Virus record (IMG/VR): IMGVR_UViG_3300026196_000010 | Location: 1 to 46,665 of that record | Strand: one strand, 5' to 3' | DNA: 46,665 nt | Source of the DNA: a virus | Taxonomy: Duplodnaviria > Caudoviricetes | Part shown: piece by piece, positions 9,424 to 17,942 of the stretch | How the letters are laid out: each line of letters begins with the position of its first letter | Position numbering within the stretch: position 1 is the stretch's first letter | Made by a program: the position numbers and the translations under genes | The notes under the pieces: generated by a model | Database searches by the model: none | The model's input: only the letters and a program-made list of their open reading frames with translations | What the model was told of the DNA's origin: nothing

Positions 9424-10031
9424 TTTTTATTTGATGTTATAGGTTCTTTAACTAACCATTTTTTAGCTGTTAAATATAATGAAGTATATTTTTTATTATC
9501 CTTATAATTTTCAATCGAATCTAATATAGAATCAATTTGTTGCATCGTATATCCAGGAACCTTTAACTTTTCAACTTCATCATTAGTTATTGACAAATGT
9601 ACAAATGATCTATATATATTTTCTTTTACTTTACTTTCCTTTACTTTACTTTCCTTTTTAGCATTACGGTCGCATTGCGGACGCATTGCGTTTGCATCTT
9701 CTTTATCCCAACGTTTATATGCGTTTGCTCGCGCCTTATCGCTTTTTTCAGAACGTTTTTTTAATCTTATATTTACGCTCTTGCTTGAAAAGAATCCATT
9801 TTTTACAATAAATAATTCAAAGTTTTCAATTATATTTTTAACTGAATCTGGATGCGAGTTTAATGCGAACGCAATGCGCTCGTATTGCGTTCGCATCTTA
9901 CCGTTATTTTTGTAAAGAAGTTCGACTAATCCCCAGAACAATCCATATCCAGCCCATCCCATTTCACCCATCAGATCCAATATTTTTTCATCTTCTCTGG
10001 CGTTATAATCATGTGAAAAGTATTCAGTCAT
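9417..10031 (-). CDS. Replication initiator-like protein (DUF4373 / Lin1244-like N-terminus)
   Basis: YFSHDYNAREDEKI...GWAGYGLFWGLVELL; KESKV repeats; sits directly upstream of dnaB. Confidence 0.8.
   Translation of the reverse strand: MTEYFSHDYNAREDEKILDLMGEMGWAGYGLFWGLVELLYKNNGKMRTQYERIAFALNSHPDSVKNIIENFELFIVKNGFFSSKSVNIRLKKRSEKSDKARANAYKRWDKEDANAMRPQCDRNAKKESKVKESKVKENIYRSFVHLSITNDEVEKLKVPGYTMQQIDSILDSIENYKDNKKYTSLYLTAKKWLVKEPITSNKKW
9863..9896. repeat. 13-bp perfect inverted repeat inside the initiator gene (candidate origin element)
   Basis: ATGCGAACGCAAT-8nt-ATTGCGTTCGCAT; related CGCATTGCG units at 9671-9690. Confidence 0.7.
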
Positions 10032-10067
10032 GTTTAAAAATATTTAATAATGCAGTCAAAAAATATA

Positions 10068-10223
10068 TTACGCGAAAAAATCTTTTAATCTTTTCTCTAT
10101 GTGTTCAGGCATGGATCTAGTGCCTGTTAAATAGTAACTGAAAAGCACATTACTAATTCCGATCTGTTTAGCTACCCAAGACTTTTTGAGTCCTTTATCT
10201 TTGATCTCTTTATTAAAATCCAT
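10068..10223 (-). CDS. Small Cro-like HTH regulator, 51 aa
   Basis: Manual translation MDFNKEIKDKGLKKSWVAKQIGISNVLFSYYLTGTRSMP...; TACATTTG promoter element upstream. Confidence 0.75.
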   Translation of the reverse strand: MDFNKEIKDKGLKKSWVAKQIGISNVLFSYYLTGTRSMPEHIEKRLKDFFA

Positions 10224-10259
10224 ATACAAATGTATTTAATTTTATTTAAACAAACAAAT

Positions 10260-10427
10260 TTATTGAATATTTTTTAACGGAATATCATTATTACAATCCG
10301 GGCATATAGGAATAGATGCTAATACAGTTACTACACCATCTTTCTTCTCAGTGTTGCGATACTCTGGAAACATACCCGACCAGTTGCATACTTTACAATA
10401 GAATGTTTTTGAGTGCGCGTGACTCAT
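10260..10427 (-). CDS. Small zinc-ribbon protein, 55 aa
   Basis: Manual translation contains CKVC and CPDC; ATGA overlap with the upstream gene. Confidence 0.65.
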   Translation of the reverse strand: MSHAHSKTFYCKVCNWSGMFPEYRNTEKKDGVVTVLASIPICPDCNNDIPLKNIQ

Positions 10428-11476
10428 AGCTTAAAATCTATCCTTCCAAATTCGCCATATTTCTCATGAATAAGCCAACCAACCTGTCCGGGCTTTGAGT
10501 ATCTGCCAGACTGATGGTCATAGGCATCTGTACCCTGAACACTGGGGCCAAACGAATACAGGTCTGTATCTATATCTGTATGAAAATGTCCTGCTATCAT
10601 CTTATGAAATCCTATTTCAGCCATTTTCATCTTTTGATCCATTATAAGCTGCATTCGCGCTTGAGCCTCTTTAGATGAACGTCTCTCTACGCTGTACCAC
10701 GGGATACCCATCCACGCACGGATACCGTGACCATGCGCAATCAAGTAGTTGCGATTTAAGCACGTGACAACCTTTTCGTGCATAGGATAGATGTTAAACT
10801 CAAGATTAGGAAACTTTTTAGTATAAGCCTGTGTTAATATACCAACCAGATAATTAAGCGAATTATATCCTTCTTGCTTGGCTTGTGGCTTGCGCGTCAA
10901 CCTGCCATGATTATCAGCACCGATAAAATACACCACCACACGTTCAAAGTTCTGACAAAGAACAGATAGTTGTTCTGCCTTGACCTTGGCAGCCTCCACT
11001 ATCTGAACGGTGACGGGAAAAGCGTTTGTGATCTGTAATTCCTGATGTATGTCACCAGATATGTTATCGCCAGTATCTAAAACATATACCGTATTTATGT
11101 TCTGGCTCAATCGCTGCCTATCAATATATTTACAGAACCTACCCACAAAATCTAACTGCCTGCTTCTGCATATATCGGGATTATATTCATTAAACCCCTC
11201 TATCTCGTTAGCTTCCTGAACAGCCCCCATATGTGCATCGGTTATCTGCATCACCGCCTCAACGGTCGCTTTACCCTTACTGGGATCTGATTTATAAATA
11301 ATCCTCTCTGGCTTAATTTCAGCAACAGATGATAAAAGAGAATTGAAAAATATCTCAAGGTTACCGTGATTCTTTTTGTAACTATCAAGAATCCTGTCCT
11401 TTTCTAGTAGCTGTGCTTTGAGCTGTGTTACCTGTTCGGACTGATCGCTTAAAAACTCATTAATATTTTGTGCCAT
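10424..11476 (-). CDS. Calcineurin-like metallophosphoesterase/nuclease
   Basis: TDAH, GDNISGDIH, DNHGR, AHGH and GHFH motifs. Confidence 0.85.
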   Translation of the reverse strand: MAQNINEFLSDQSEQVTQLKAQLLEKDRILDSYKKNHGNLEIFFNSLLSSVAEIKPERIIYKSDPSKGKATVEAVMQITDAHMGAVQEANEIEGFNEYNPDICRSRQLDFVGRFCKYIDRQRLSQNINTVYVLDTGDNISGDIHQELQITNAFPVTVQIVEAAKVKAEQLSVLCQNFERVVVYFIGADNHGRLTRKPQAKQEGYNSLNYLVGILTQAYTKKFPNLEFNIYPMHEKVVTCLNRNYLIAHGHGIRAWMGIPWYSVERRSSKEAQARMQLIMDQKMKMAEIGFHKMIAGHFHTDIDTDLYSFGPSVQGTDAYDHQSGRYSKPGQVGWLIHEKYGEFGRIDFKL

Positions 11477-11477
11477 A

Positions 11478-11864
11478 TCAGTTAAGTTTAGCTTGTTCTT
11501 TTAACATCTTAATAGTATCAGGATGCGAATAATAAACCTTACCTGATATTTTACCATAATATTCTTTCTTAGATTCTAATATGTTTGTTAATCCTTGGGC
11601 ACCATAAGGTAATCCCGACATCTTAACAATATCTGATTTTTCGTAAACCATATTTTTATCCAATTTAATGAGCGTTTTTGTTATGATAAACTCAACATCG
11701 TGCTTATCGCGAAACTCATCGAGCGACATACCAAAATTAGATTTACTAGGCATTCCCTCTTCAAAGTTATATCCGCAATCTTTACAACAATATTTCTGTT
11801 TACCTGATTTTTTAGCCTTCCCGTTCTTATAAATATTCTCTGATTTACATCTCTTGCATTCCAT
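11478..11864 (-). CDS. InsA-like zinc-ribbon domain protein
   Basis: CKRCKSENIYKNGK...GKQKYCCKDCGYNF. Confidence 0.7.
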   Translation of the reverse strand: MECKRCKSENIYKNGKAKKSGKQKYCCKDCGYNFEEGMPSKSNFGMSLDEFRDKHDVEFIITKTLIKLDKNMVYEKSDIVKMSGLPYGAQGLTNILESKKEYYGKISGKVYYSHPDTIKMLKEQAKLN

Positions 11865-11911
11865 ATCTATTATTTTTGGTTACAATTTACTAAAAATTAT
11901 TGAATTACATG

Positions 11912-11945
11912 AAAAAAGCATCCCGATCGGGCGACCAGGATGCTT
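11912..11945 (-). terminator. Intrinsic terminator
   Basis: AAGCATCC/GGATGCTT stem followed by a U tract on minus. Confidence 0.85.
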
Positions 11946-12061
11946 AAACCAACCATAAAACTAACCATCTATGAAAACAATTATTACAATATACAAAATT
12001 TAATTTAATCATTAATATGTTTTGTAGAAATTTAATATAATGTATCATACATAGTGTTCAA

Positions 12062-12418
12062 TTAAAATGGGGTATAATGGAAATGAAATTTATTTATTAC
12101 AATAAATAATATTATCAAAGCGGAAATTAAAGCGTCTATTCTAATCCACCACCACGTACGTTTAGGTATGGCCGAAAATAATAAAATTACAACGAAAGCA
12201 TACCATTGAAATGTGAATAGCCCAATAAGTGTAAGTAGCATATATATTAATGATTGTGCAATAGTACCGCGAATATCTTTAGGCCACTCATCAACATTTT
12301 TATCTTTTGTTTGTTTTTTAAGTTTTGCAACTTGAATTAGTCTATCCTTTGGGTAAGCGAAATGGGTTAATTCACCAATTAACGCAAACGCATATAGTAT
12401 ATAAAATAATTTATCCAT
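12062..12418 (-). CDS. Multi-pass membrane protein (moron-like)
   Basis: 3-4 hydrophobic segments; AT-rich; flanked by a 16-bp direct repeat. Confidence 0.75.
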   Translation of the reverse strand: MDKLFYILYAFALIGELTHFAYPKDRLIQVAKLKKQTKDKNVDEWPKDIRGTIAQSLIYMLLTLIGLFTFQWYAFVVILLFSAIPKRTWWWIRIDALISALIILFIVINKFHFHYTPF

Positions 12419-12479
12419 CTCTTTATCATTAATATGTTTTCATCATTTCTTGCTAATAACTACAAAGTTTTATTTATGA

Positions 12480-12833
12480 TTACTCAAGTTTACCTTTAAA
12501 ATGAACAATTAATACCTCCATCTGTGAGCGATAATAATCCTCAAACGTTTTATACCCCTTGTTGTCCTGCTCGTAATTACGATACAGAACACCCCTGAGC
12601 CGTTTAGATGGAGTCTTTTTAGGGTCGTCATAGTCCACCTCCATCTCAGTTAAAAACTTCTCCTGTGAGCTTGAAAATGGATCTACATTGAAAGCCAAAA
12701 AACCGGCATTCATGATAGATTTTTGTATATCTGCCATCTGATCGGGATTTGGCTCGTTAGTTTCAAATACTAACTTTAGAGTCCTGTCCTTCAGGCTGCG
12801 ATAACTCTCTAATATTCCAGGTATGATTAACAT
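12480..12833 (-). CDS. Hypothetical phage protein
   Basis: SLKDRTLKLVFETNE...KTPSKRLRGVLY; coupled within the operon. Confidence 0.75.
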   Translation of the reverse strand: MLIIPGILESYRSLKDRTLKLVFETNEPNPDQMADIQKSIMNAGFLAFNVDPFSSSQEKFLTEMEVDYDDPKKTPSKRLRGVLYRNYEQDNKGYKTFEDYYRSQMEVLIVHFKGKLE

Positions 12834-13057
12834 CCTTTTAAATCTAACCTATATTGTATATCTGTTTGACTATAACGACCGGATGTGAAACCATCAGGTA
12901 GGTTGAGTTTAACGTTTTCAATGACCTTATCTATTCCAACATTATCAATATCTGACAAAAACACATCTCTTGTATAGTCATCAAATCGGCCTATCTCAAA
13001 CAGCATCTTAAGGTAGATCACCCGGTCGTCGTTAGTATCGTCTTTCTTGATTATCAT
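12827..13057 (-). CDS. Hypothetical protein
   Basis: 76 aa; overlapping start/stop coupling. Confidence 0.65.
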   Translation of the reverse strand: MIIKKDDTNDDRVIYLKMLFEIGRFDDYTRDVFLSDIDNVGIDKVIENVKLNLPDGFTSGRYSQTDIQYRLDLKGC

Positions 13058-13674
13058 AAATCAAAACCATCCAATACAGGGGGTTCGTCATCTGCTTCGG
13101 GCATGGGGGCCTCTGGTAGATCAACAGGATTCATCTTTTCTTTATACTCAAAAGATGATTTGATGATATCACGAAAATATTCATGCATATTTTCAAGAAT
13201 ACCGAGATCGAAATGATTCTCATAATCCCATATGAACTGAGGATTAACAGCCGGTGGACATTCCATGTTTTTAGGCATTGGCATGATAGCGGCAATATAA
13301 GCATATACGTTACCTGAACCAGATATCTTATGCTGTATATTCAACATACAATCACGTCCAAGAATCTGGTTCAGCTCAAATTCATCATATTTACTCAGGT
13401 CACCCAACCAAGATGCAAGGTCTTTATACAAGTTGCTCTTCTCATTAAAGGAAGCTGTGTAGTCCTTAGAGATGGATAGAGGTTGCTCTCCTTTATCCGG
13501 GTCAAACACCTTTGTCTCTGTTGGTAGTTCCCAGTCAATGCGTAGCTTGTTAATCATTTTTTGTTCTCCCATGTACGTATCAGGTACAGTCCCAAAGTGC
13601 ATAATCTTATAACACCTTGCCGGAAATACGCCAGCCGGTACCGGTTCTCTTGTCGCTGTTCTTTTAATTTTCAT
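13054..13674 (-). CDS. Putative ssDNA-binding/replication protein
   Basis: PVPAGVFPARCYKIMHFGT N-terminus, OB-like beta pattern, acidic Pro-rich tail. Confidence 0.55.
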   Translation of the reverse strand: MKIKRTATREPVPAGVFPARCYKIMHFGTVPDTYMGEQKMINKLRIDWELPTETKVFDPDKGEQPLSISKDYTASFNEKSNLYKDLASWLGDLSKYDEFELNQILGRDCMLNIQHKISGSGNVYAYIAAIMPMPKNMECPPAVNPQFIWDYENHFDLGILENMHEYFRDIIKSSFEYKEKMNPVDLPEAPMPEADDEPPVLDGFDL

Positions 13675-13706
13675 CGTATTATATTTAGTTCACCAATATT
13701 GGTCTA

Positions 13707-13844
13707 TCAATTAAAATCTTCCCAGTCGATTATATGTCTACATGACGGACATCCGCAATCGCCACAATCATCTTCTTCACCGTCTAGCATCTCATAGTCA
13801 CAATATGGACAGATGTATTCTGTGGTGTCTTCTGTTGTTTTCAT
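13707..13844 (-). CDS. Small acidic Cys-rich protein, 45 aa
   Basis: Manual translation MKTTEDTTEYICPYCDYEMLDGEEDDCGDCGCPSCRHIIDWEDFN. Confidence 0.6.
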   Translation of the reverse strand: MKTTEDTTEYICPYCDYEMLDGEEDDCGDCGCPSCRHIIDWEDFN

Positions 13845-14054
13845 GGTTTTTATTATTAAATTAAAGTTTCATTTCTAGTCGTCTTCCTCCTCCGTTACTC
13901 TTATAATATCATGTTCGTCATACTTTTCAATAAAAGATATAAGCGCTAGTTCGAGATTTTCCGCATCAATATATTCTTGTCTCCTAAGATTCCTAGTCCA
14001 ATATAATATCGTATAAGTCTTCATGGTTTTTATTTTAAATATATAAATTAATAA

Positions 14055-14073
14055 GTTAAGATTGATTATAAAT
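14055..14073 (-). promoter_or_regulatory. 19-bp promoter box, variant copy C
   Basis: GTTAAGATTGATTATAAAT; 11-nt spacer, then TATATTTA. Confidence 0.65.
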
Positions 14074-14273
14074 TACTCGGTTGCTTTCTTGATAGCCGAC
14101 TCTGCTTTGATTAGTATAGCCCTGAACTCATCGTTCATTAACTCTTTAGTTGGTTTAAGATAGGTTACCAAGTCCTGTAGAGAATTAAGTAAATCATCCC
14201 AATCCTTTGAGGTTCGCCCAGTGTCGAATGTTTTGCTCCCAACTCTGCCGTATAAATTGCCTGAGTATTTCAT
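14073..14273 (-). CDS. Hypothetical protein
   Basis: 66 aa; AACC-ATG leader. Confidence 0.65.
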   Translation of the reverse strand: MKYSGNLYGRVGSKTFDTGRTSKDWDDLLNSLQDLVTYLKPTKELMNDEFRAILIKAESAIKKATE

Positions 14274-14278
14274 GGTTA

Positions 14279-14491
14279 TTAAATTTCGTATTTATCAATA
14301 AGTTTCTGCATATTCTTAATCGCCCACTCACGATCAAATTCATCACCTGTGCTGAGAGCATCTAATCCTAATCTGATATTGATTAGCATCATTATAGTGT
14401 CTCCGTATAAGGTTACATATGCCTTAGATAGTTTAAATGCGTAATCCTTAATCTCAGGATAATCTTCTGGTTTTGGTAGTTTATATTTCAC
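14279..14491 (-). CDS. Hypothetical protein
   Basis: 70 aa; AAACC-GTG leader. Confidence 0.6.
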   Translation of the reverse strand: MKYKLPKPEDYPEIKDYAFKLSKAYVTLYGDTIMMLINIRLGLDALSTGDEFDREWAIKNMQKLIDKYEI

Positions 14492-14496
14492 GGTTT

Positions 14497-14952
14497 CTAT
14501 TTAAAATAAGTTAGTAGTTGGTCTATCTGAGCATCCCCAGCACCCCTAGCGGCACCCCTAGCAGCATCCCTAGCAGCCCTAGCAGTAGCCCAAGCAGCAT
14601 CCCCAGCAGCCCCGGCAGCATCCCCGGCAGCAATAAGTTCTTCTTTGGTAGCTTCACCATTAGCGAACCTCTCGGCTACATCGCAAGCCTCAATACTTCG
14701 AGGGTCAGCATCAACTAACTTTAATGCTTCACGCGCACACCAGACAGCGAACAATCTCAAATCCTTATCAGTCATATATTCATTTCGACAGACAACCCAG
14801 ATAATATCCTCTTTGTTTTTCACCTTATCTCGATACTGGGTGATAAACTCCGGTATGGTTAGAGATTTCTTTGTGTCGATTTTACAAAGCTCTTTAGGAT
14901 CGTAGCATGGATTGAATGACATGATGTCTTTGTAGGTGATTTTCGTTTTCAT
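14497..14952 (-). CDS. Imm5-like protein with Ala-rich repeat
   Basis: LRLFAVWCAREAL..DPRSIEACDVAERFANGEATKEEL, then AAGDAA/AARGAA repeats. Confidence 0.65.
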   Translation of the reverse strand: MKTKITYKDIMSFNPCYDPKELCKIDTKKSLTIPEFITQYRDKVKNKEDIIWVVCRNEYMTDKDLRLFAVWCAREALKLVDADPRSIEACDVAERFANGEATKEELIAAGDAAGAAGDAAWATARAARDAARGAARGAGDAQIDQLLTYFK

Positions 14953-14957
14953 GGTTT

Positions 14958-15254
14958 CTATATGTGTTTAACTCGTCCAAATTTATCACACATCTGCTCC
15001 CATGCTATCTGATAATTACGCTTATCAACTTCAGCTACCAACTCTTTGGTCATCTCATTAACCTTGCGGCACCTGAAGCCTAAACGTGTTATCTCTGAGC
15101 AACAATAGTCGCAGTAAAACACCCCGCGTATCTTAATAGGATCATCAAGTTCACCCTCAGTTAACGGCTCGTGACAGTTTGAACAGGTTATAACTGGCTT
15201 TTCATTATCAAACCAGGGTGCATCGGGCTGGTAGAAATAAGTCATGTGGTTCAT
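14958..15254 (-). CDS. Zinc-finger hypothetical protein
   Basis: CSNC...CDYC. Confidence 0.65.
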   Translation of the reverse strand: MNHMTYFYQPDAPWFDNEKPVITCSNCHEPLTEGELDDPIKIRGVFYCDYCCSEITRLGFRCRKVNEMTKELVAEVDKRNYQIAWEQMCDKFGRVKHI

Positions 15255-15397
15255 GGCTGTTGTGTTTTTTTATTTGATAAATAAGCAGCTATTGCATATA
15301 TAATAGCACCATTCATGGTTAATCCATCTTTAGCCGCCATTGATTTTAAATCCCTCTTCATTTCTTCGGGAATGTGAATTGTCGTATTAAGTTTCAT
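15251..15397 (-). CDS. Ribbon-helix-helix (Arc/CopG-like) regulator, 48 aa
   Basis: Manual translation MKLNTTIHIPEEMKRDLKSMAAKDGLTMNGAIIYAIAAYL...; first gene after the 15496 terminator. Confidence 0.75.
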   Translation of the reverse strand: MKLNTTIHIPEEMKRDLKSMAAKDGLTMNGAIIYAIAAYLSNKKTQQP

Positions 15398-15495
15398 AGT
15401 TTAATTCTTTATGTAAATATAATACTTATAATATAATTAATACTATTATTTGTGATTATTTTCACTCATAACGCTTATTTATAGAGATTACAAAT

Positions 15496-15525
15496 AAAAA
15501 AACCCCGCTCAATTAAGAACGGGGC
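15496..15525 (-). terminator. Intrinsic terminator
   Basis: CCCCG/CGGGG stem plus 7 U. Confidence 0.85.
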
Positions 15526-15549
15526 AACAACTCTGATCAGAGCGACCGG

Positions 15550-15909
15550 TTATTTCAAATCCCTGACGGCCTGGATAAGATCATACGTAGCATCGAGCCA
15601 GTCGAGACCAGCCTCTACGAGTGCTTCTATTTTGTCATTTTCAAGGTCCAGCTTCTCGGCAATATAATCCTTCAGCTCACCAAGCTCATCCGTGTCAAGG
15701 TCCAGAAACTCATCTTTGATCTGCCCAACCTGTCCGGCATAAGAGATAGCTTTTGGCACAAGAAAAACAAGCAAAGCAACACCCTCAGTCAATGCGATCT
15801 TTTCGCCCTTAGCTGAATCGGGATCAGTTGCCTCCTCCAATTTGATAGCTACCTGTGATAATGTCAGGCAGATGTCTTTTAATACGTCAATTCCAAATTC
15901 TTCTTCCAT
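15550..15909 (-). CDS. Acidic hypothetical protein
   Basis: 119 aa with its own promoter box and terminator. Confidence 0.75.
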   Translation of the reverse strand: MEEEFGIDVLKDICLTLSQVAIKLEEATDPDSAKGEKIALTEGVALLVFLVPKAISYAGQVGQIKDEFLDLDTDELGELKDYIAEKLDLENDKIEALVEAGLDWLDATYDLIQAVRDLK

Positions 15910-15970
15910 TGTGTAAATTTTTAGTTATAACTAATTCATAATTATGAGTTATAAAATTACAAAAAATATA

Positions 15971-15989
15971 TTTAAGAATGAATATAAAT
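15971..15989 (-). promoter_or_regulatory. 19-bp promoter box, copy D
   Basis: TTTAAGAATGAATATAAAT; 11-nt spacer, then TAATTTTA. Confidence 0.8.
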
Positions 15990-16201
15990 TACTTCTTTCT
16001 GGCAACGTATTTTATTACCTCACGAATCCCAAAGTAAAACGTGACCATTACACCAGTCCAACCAACATATGATTTAAGCAGCCATTCGAGTACTTCAATA
16101 TTAAATATAATAACAATAGATATTGTAGAGAACGCTATAAGCATTACAATAGGACGAACATTTTTTGATAGCCAACTGTCCTTATTAGGATCTACATTCA
16201 T
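15989..16201 (-). CDS. Holin-like protein (3TM-holin-like)
   Basis: DSWLSKNVRP followed by two TM helices and YFGIRE; in the lysis cluster. Confidence 0.7.
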   Translation of the reverse strand: MNVDPNKDSWLSKNVRPIVMLIAFSTISIVIIFNIEVLEWLLKSYVGWTGVMVTFYFGIREVIKYVARKK

Positions 16202-16428
16202 TTATTTTTCAACTCTAAAAGTTTCTTCTGTAACGCTTCGATCTGCTTTATGAGAGCCTCTGGATCTGACGTTGTAATCTGTACGTTGCCCTGTATCTTT
16301 TTGTTCTTGATCTTCTTTATAGTGTACTCCACTTTAGCCGTCTCTTTTACGATGAACTTAGCGCCTATAAGAATGCCTATTGCTATGCCTATTGCAGCCA
16401 TAGATATATATATCCAAATCTTTTTCAT
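16198..16428 (-). CDS. Single-TM lysis-region protein
   Basis: N-terminal TM and C-terminal coiled coil. Confidence 0.55.
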   Translation of the reverse strand: MKKIWIYISMAAIGIAIGILIGAKFIVKETAKVEYTIKKIKNKKIQGNVQITTSDPEALIKQIEALQKKLLELKNK

Positions 16429-16796
16429 AAGTATCGTATTGATAAACTTACTCCGAAAGTCAATAGAATAACCCTGATAAATACAAGTCCATGCGTAGGT
16501 ATCTTAGCAAGAAACAAATCCCACGCCTTGACTGATCCGTGATAATCCCACGGCAGTTCATGAATCCAATTATAGATATAATCAAACCCGACGACGTACA
16601 TCATTAATGCTACTAAAATATATGGCACTATCTTACGATAATCTATTTTGAAAATAACAGCACCGGATATTAGCATTAGCTTCTCTAATAGGTCTAACCA
16701 TACAGCCAACTCAGTATAGTTCATGTGCGCTAACGAGTCTGAAGCAGCACCTGCGATCATGCAGACAATAAAATATAATATAGCAAAGTATCTCAT
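16425..16796 (-). CDS. Multi-TM membrane protein, lysis region
   Basis: About four hydrophobic segments. Confidence 0.6.
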   Translation of the reverse strand: MRYFAILYFIVCMIAGAASDSLAHMNYTELAVWLDLLEKLMLISGAVIFKIDYRKIVPYILVALMMYVVGFDYIYNWIHELPWDYHGSVKAWDLFLAKIPTHGLVFIRVILLTFGVSLSIRYL

Positions 16797-16808
16797 TACG
16801 TTTCTTGA

Positions 16809-17294
16809 TTACGTATTGTTAACCCTATTAACCCACCCTTTTAAAAACTTGCTATTGTTGCCCCTTAATGAAACTTTATAGTAGTACTCTATGCGTTTAG
16901 CCTTATACGCCTCAACCATATTAGTAGTTACCTCAGCTGCGTTCGTAGCCATGCCGGTGACAGGCCCGATAGAACCATCTACCTTGCATTCTTTGAGTAG
17001 CTTCTGCAAGAGCTTGACGGCGTTTTTGCGTCCCGCATTGACACCCATGTCAAACAGGTGTAGTGCCAGTTCATCATTACGTATATAATGAAGATTAAGC
17101 TGTAAAAAGAAATCGCTGTAATAAATAGATTTGGCTTTCTCTTTGGTCAGATATTTAATATCCAGATCAGGATAGCGTCTTTGTGTGATACCGTATTTGG
17201 TCAACCCGCCATAGTCATCAGGATCATTGACTAGTCCACCTTCATGGTTTAGAATGATTTCTACAAATTTATCAAATCGCTCATTGATAGTCAT
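16809..17294 (-). CDS. Endolysin, glycoside hydrolase family 108 with peptidoglycan-binding tail
   Basis: HEGGLVNDPDDYGGLTKYGIT, FDMGVNAG, VDGSIGPVT, KFLKGWVNRV; start placed at the ATGA overlap (17294). Confidence 0.92.
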   Translation of the reverse strand: MTINERFDKFVEIILNHEGGLVNDPDDYGGLTKYGITQRRYPDLDIKYLTKEKAKSIYYSDFFLQLNLHYIRNDELALHLFDMGVNAGRKNAVKLLQKLLKECKVDGSIGPVTGMATNAAEVTTNMVEAYKAKRIEYYYKVSLRGNNSKFLKGWVNRVNNT

Positions 17295-17533
17295 GGCACC
17301 ATTTTTACAATTAATGAAATACCCCATATAAGAACACCAGTATCACTGATCAATAATAGAGATATAAGCCATAACCAGATACGATTCTCACCAGCGATAA
17401 GCATATACTTAGGCACATCACCCAGCACCTCACCCAGCACCCGTTTTAAACGGTCATCTTCATTCTCTTCTTTCTTATTAAAGTAAGATACTCCGGGGCA
17501 GTTCTTCGGATCTAAGTGAGTGCGCTTTTCCAT
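17291..17533 (-). CDS. Small membrane protein, lysis region
   Basis: C-terminal hydrophobic segment. Confidence 0.6.
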   Translation of the reverse strand: MEKRTHLDPKNCPGVSYFNKKEENEDDRLKRVLGEVLGDVPKYMLIAGENRIWLWLISLLLISDTGVLIWGISLIVKMVP

Positions 17534-17573
17534 TATTCTATTGGTATAAATTCAACCTCGCCCACGTGGTTCT

Positions 17574-17942
17574 TCATTCGTAGACGTAGGGAGTCCACAT
17601 ATTGTTTTTTTTTAACATCTCATCTATGATACCCTCAAAATCTTCAGGAGTGAAATGATCCTGATTCTTTATTCCCCATACTATTGTATTTATCTGCTCT
17701 CCCTGTTTTTTGTGTTCGTTTTCAAAATCATCTAACGTATCCTGTATACCCTGTATGTCAGCGTCTATCTGTGATAAGTGAATGCTGTTATATGATATAT
17801 CACGCTTGACTATCTCTAAGCTGTCTATCATCGCCTCGTTGCTGTCTGCTTGGTTATCGAAGCGAGCGTCTAACCATAGAGCGGCTGTTGCTATCACTCC
17901 AATAGCTGATAAATATTTAGCTATGTTTAATAGTCCTCTCAT
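17574..17942 (-). CDS. N-terminal TM plus coiled-coil protein (spanin/holin-like), with possible -1 extension to 17533
   Basis: TM anchor, acidic coiled coil, A-AAA-AAC near the 3' end. Confidence 0.65.
   Translation of the reverse strand: MRGLLNIAKYLSAIGVIATAALWLDARFDNQADSNEAMIDSLEIVKRDISYNSIHLSQIDADIQGIQDTLDDFENEHKKQGEQINTIVWGIKNQDHFTPEDFEGIIDEMLKKNNMWTPYVYE

Noticed and set aside
11478-11864. IS1 element
   Set aside because: Only an InsA-like zinc ribbon; no DDE transposase or terminal inverted repeats seen
15401-15460. Self-target for array 1 under a gapped reading
   Set aside because: Only about five consecutive AT-only dinucleotides fit, which is expected by chance in AT-rich DNA
15477-15495. 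Tenth copy of the 19-bp promoter box (ATTTATAGAGATTACAAAT)
   Set aside because: Too degenerate, and lacks the 11-nt spacing to a -7 element
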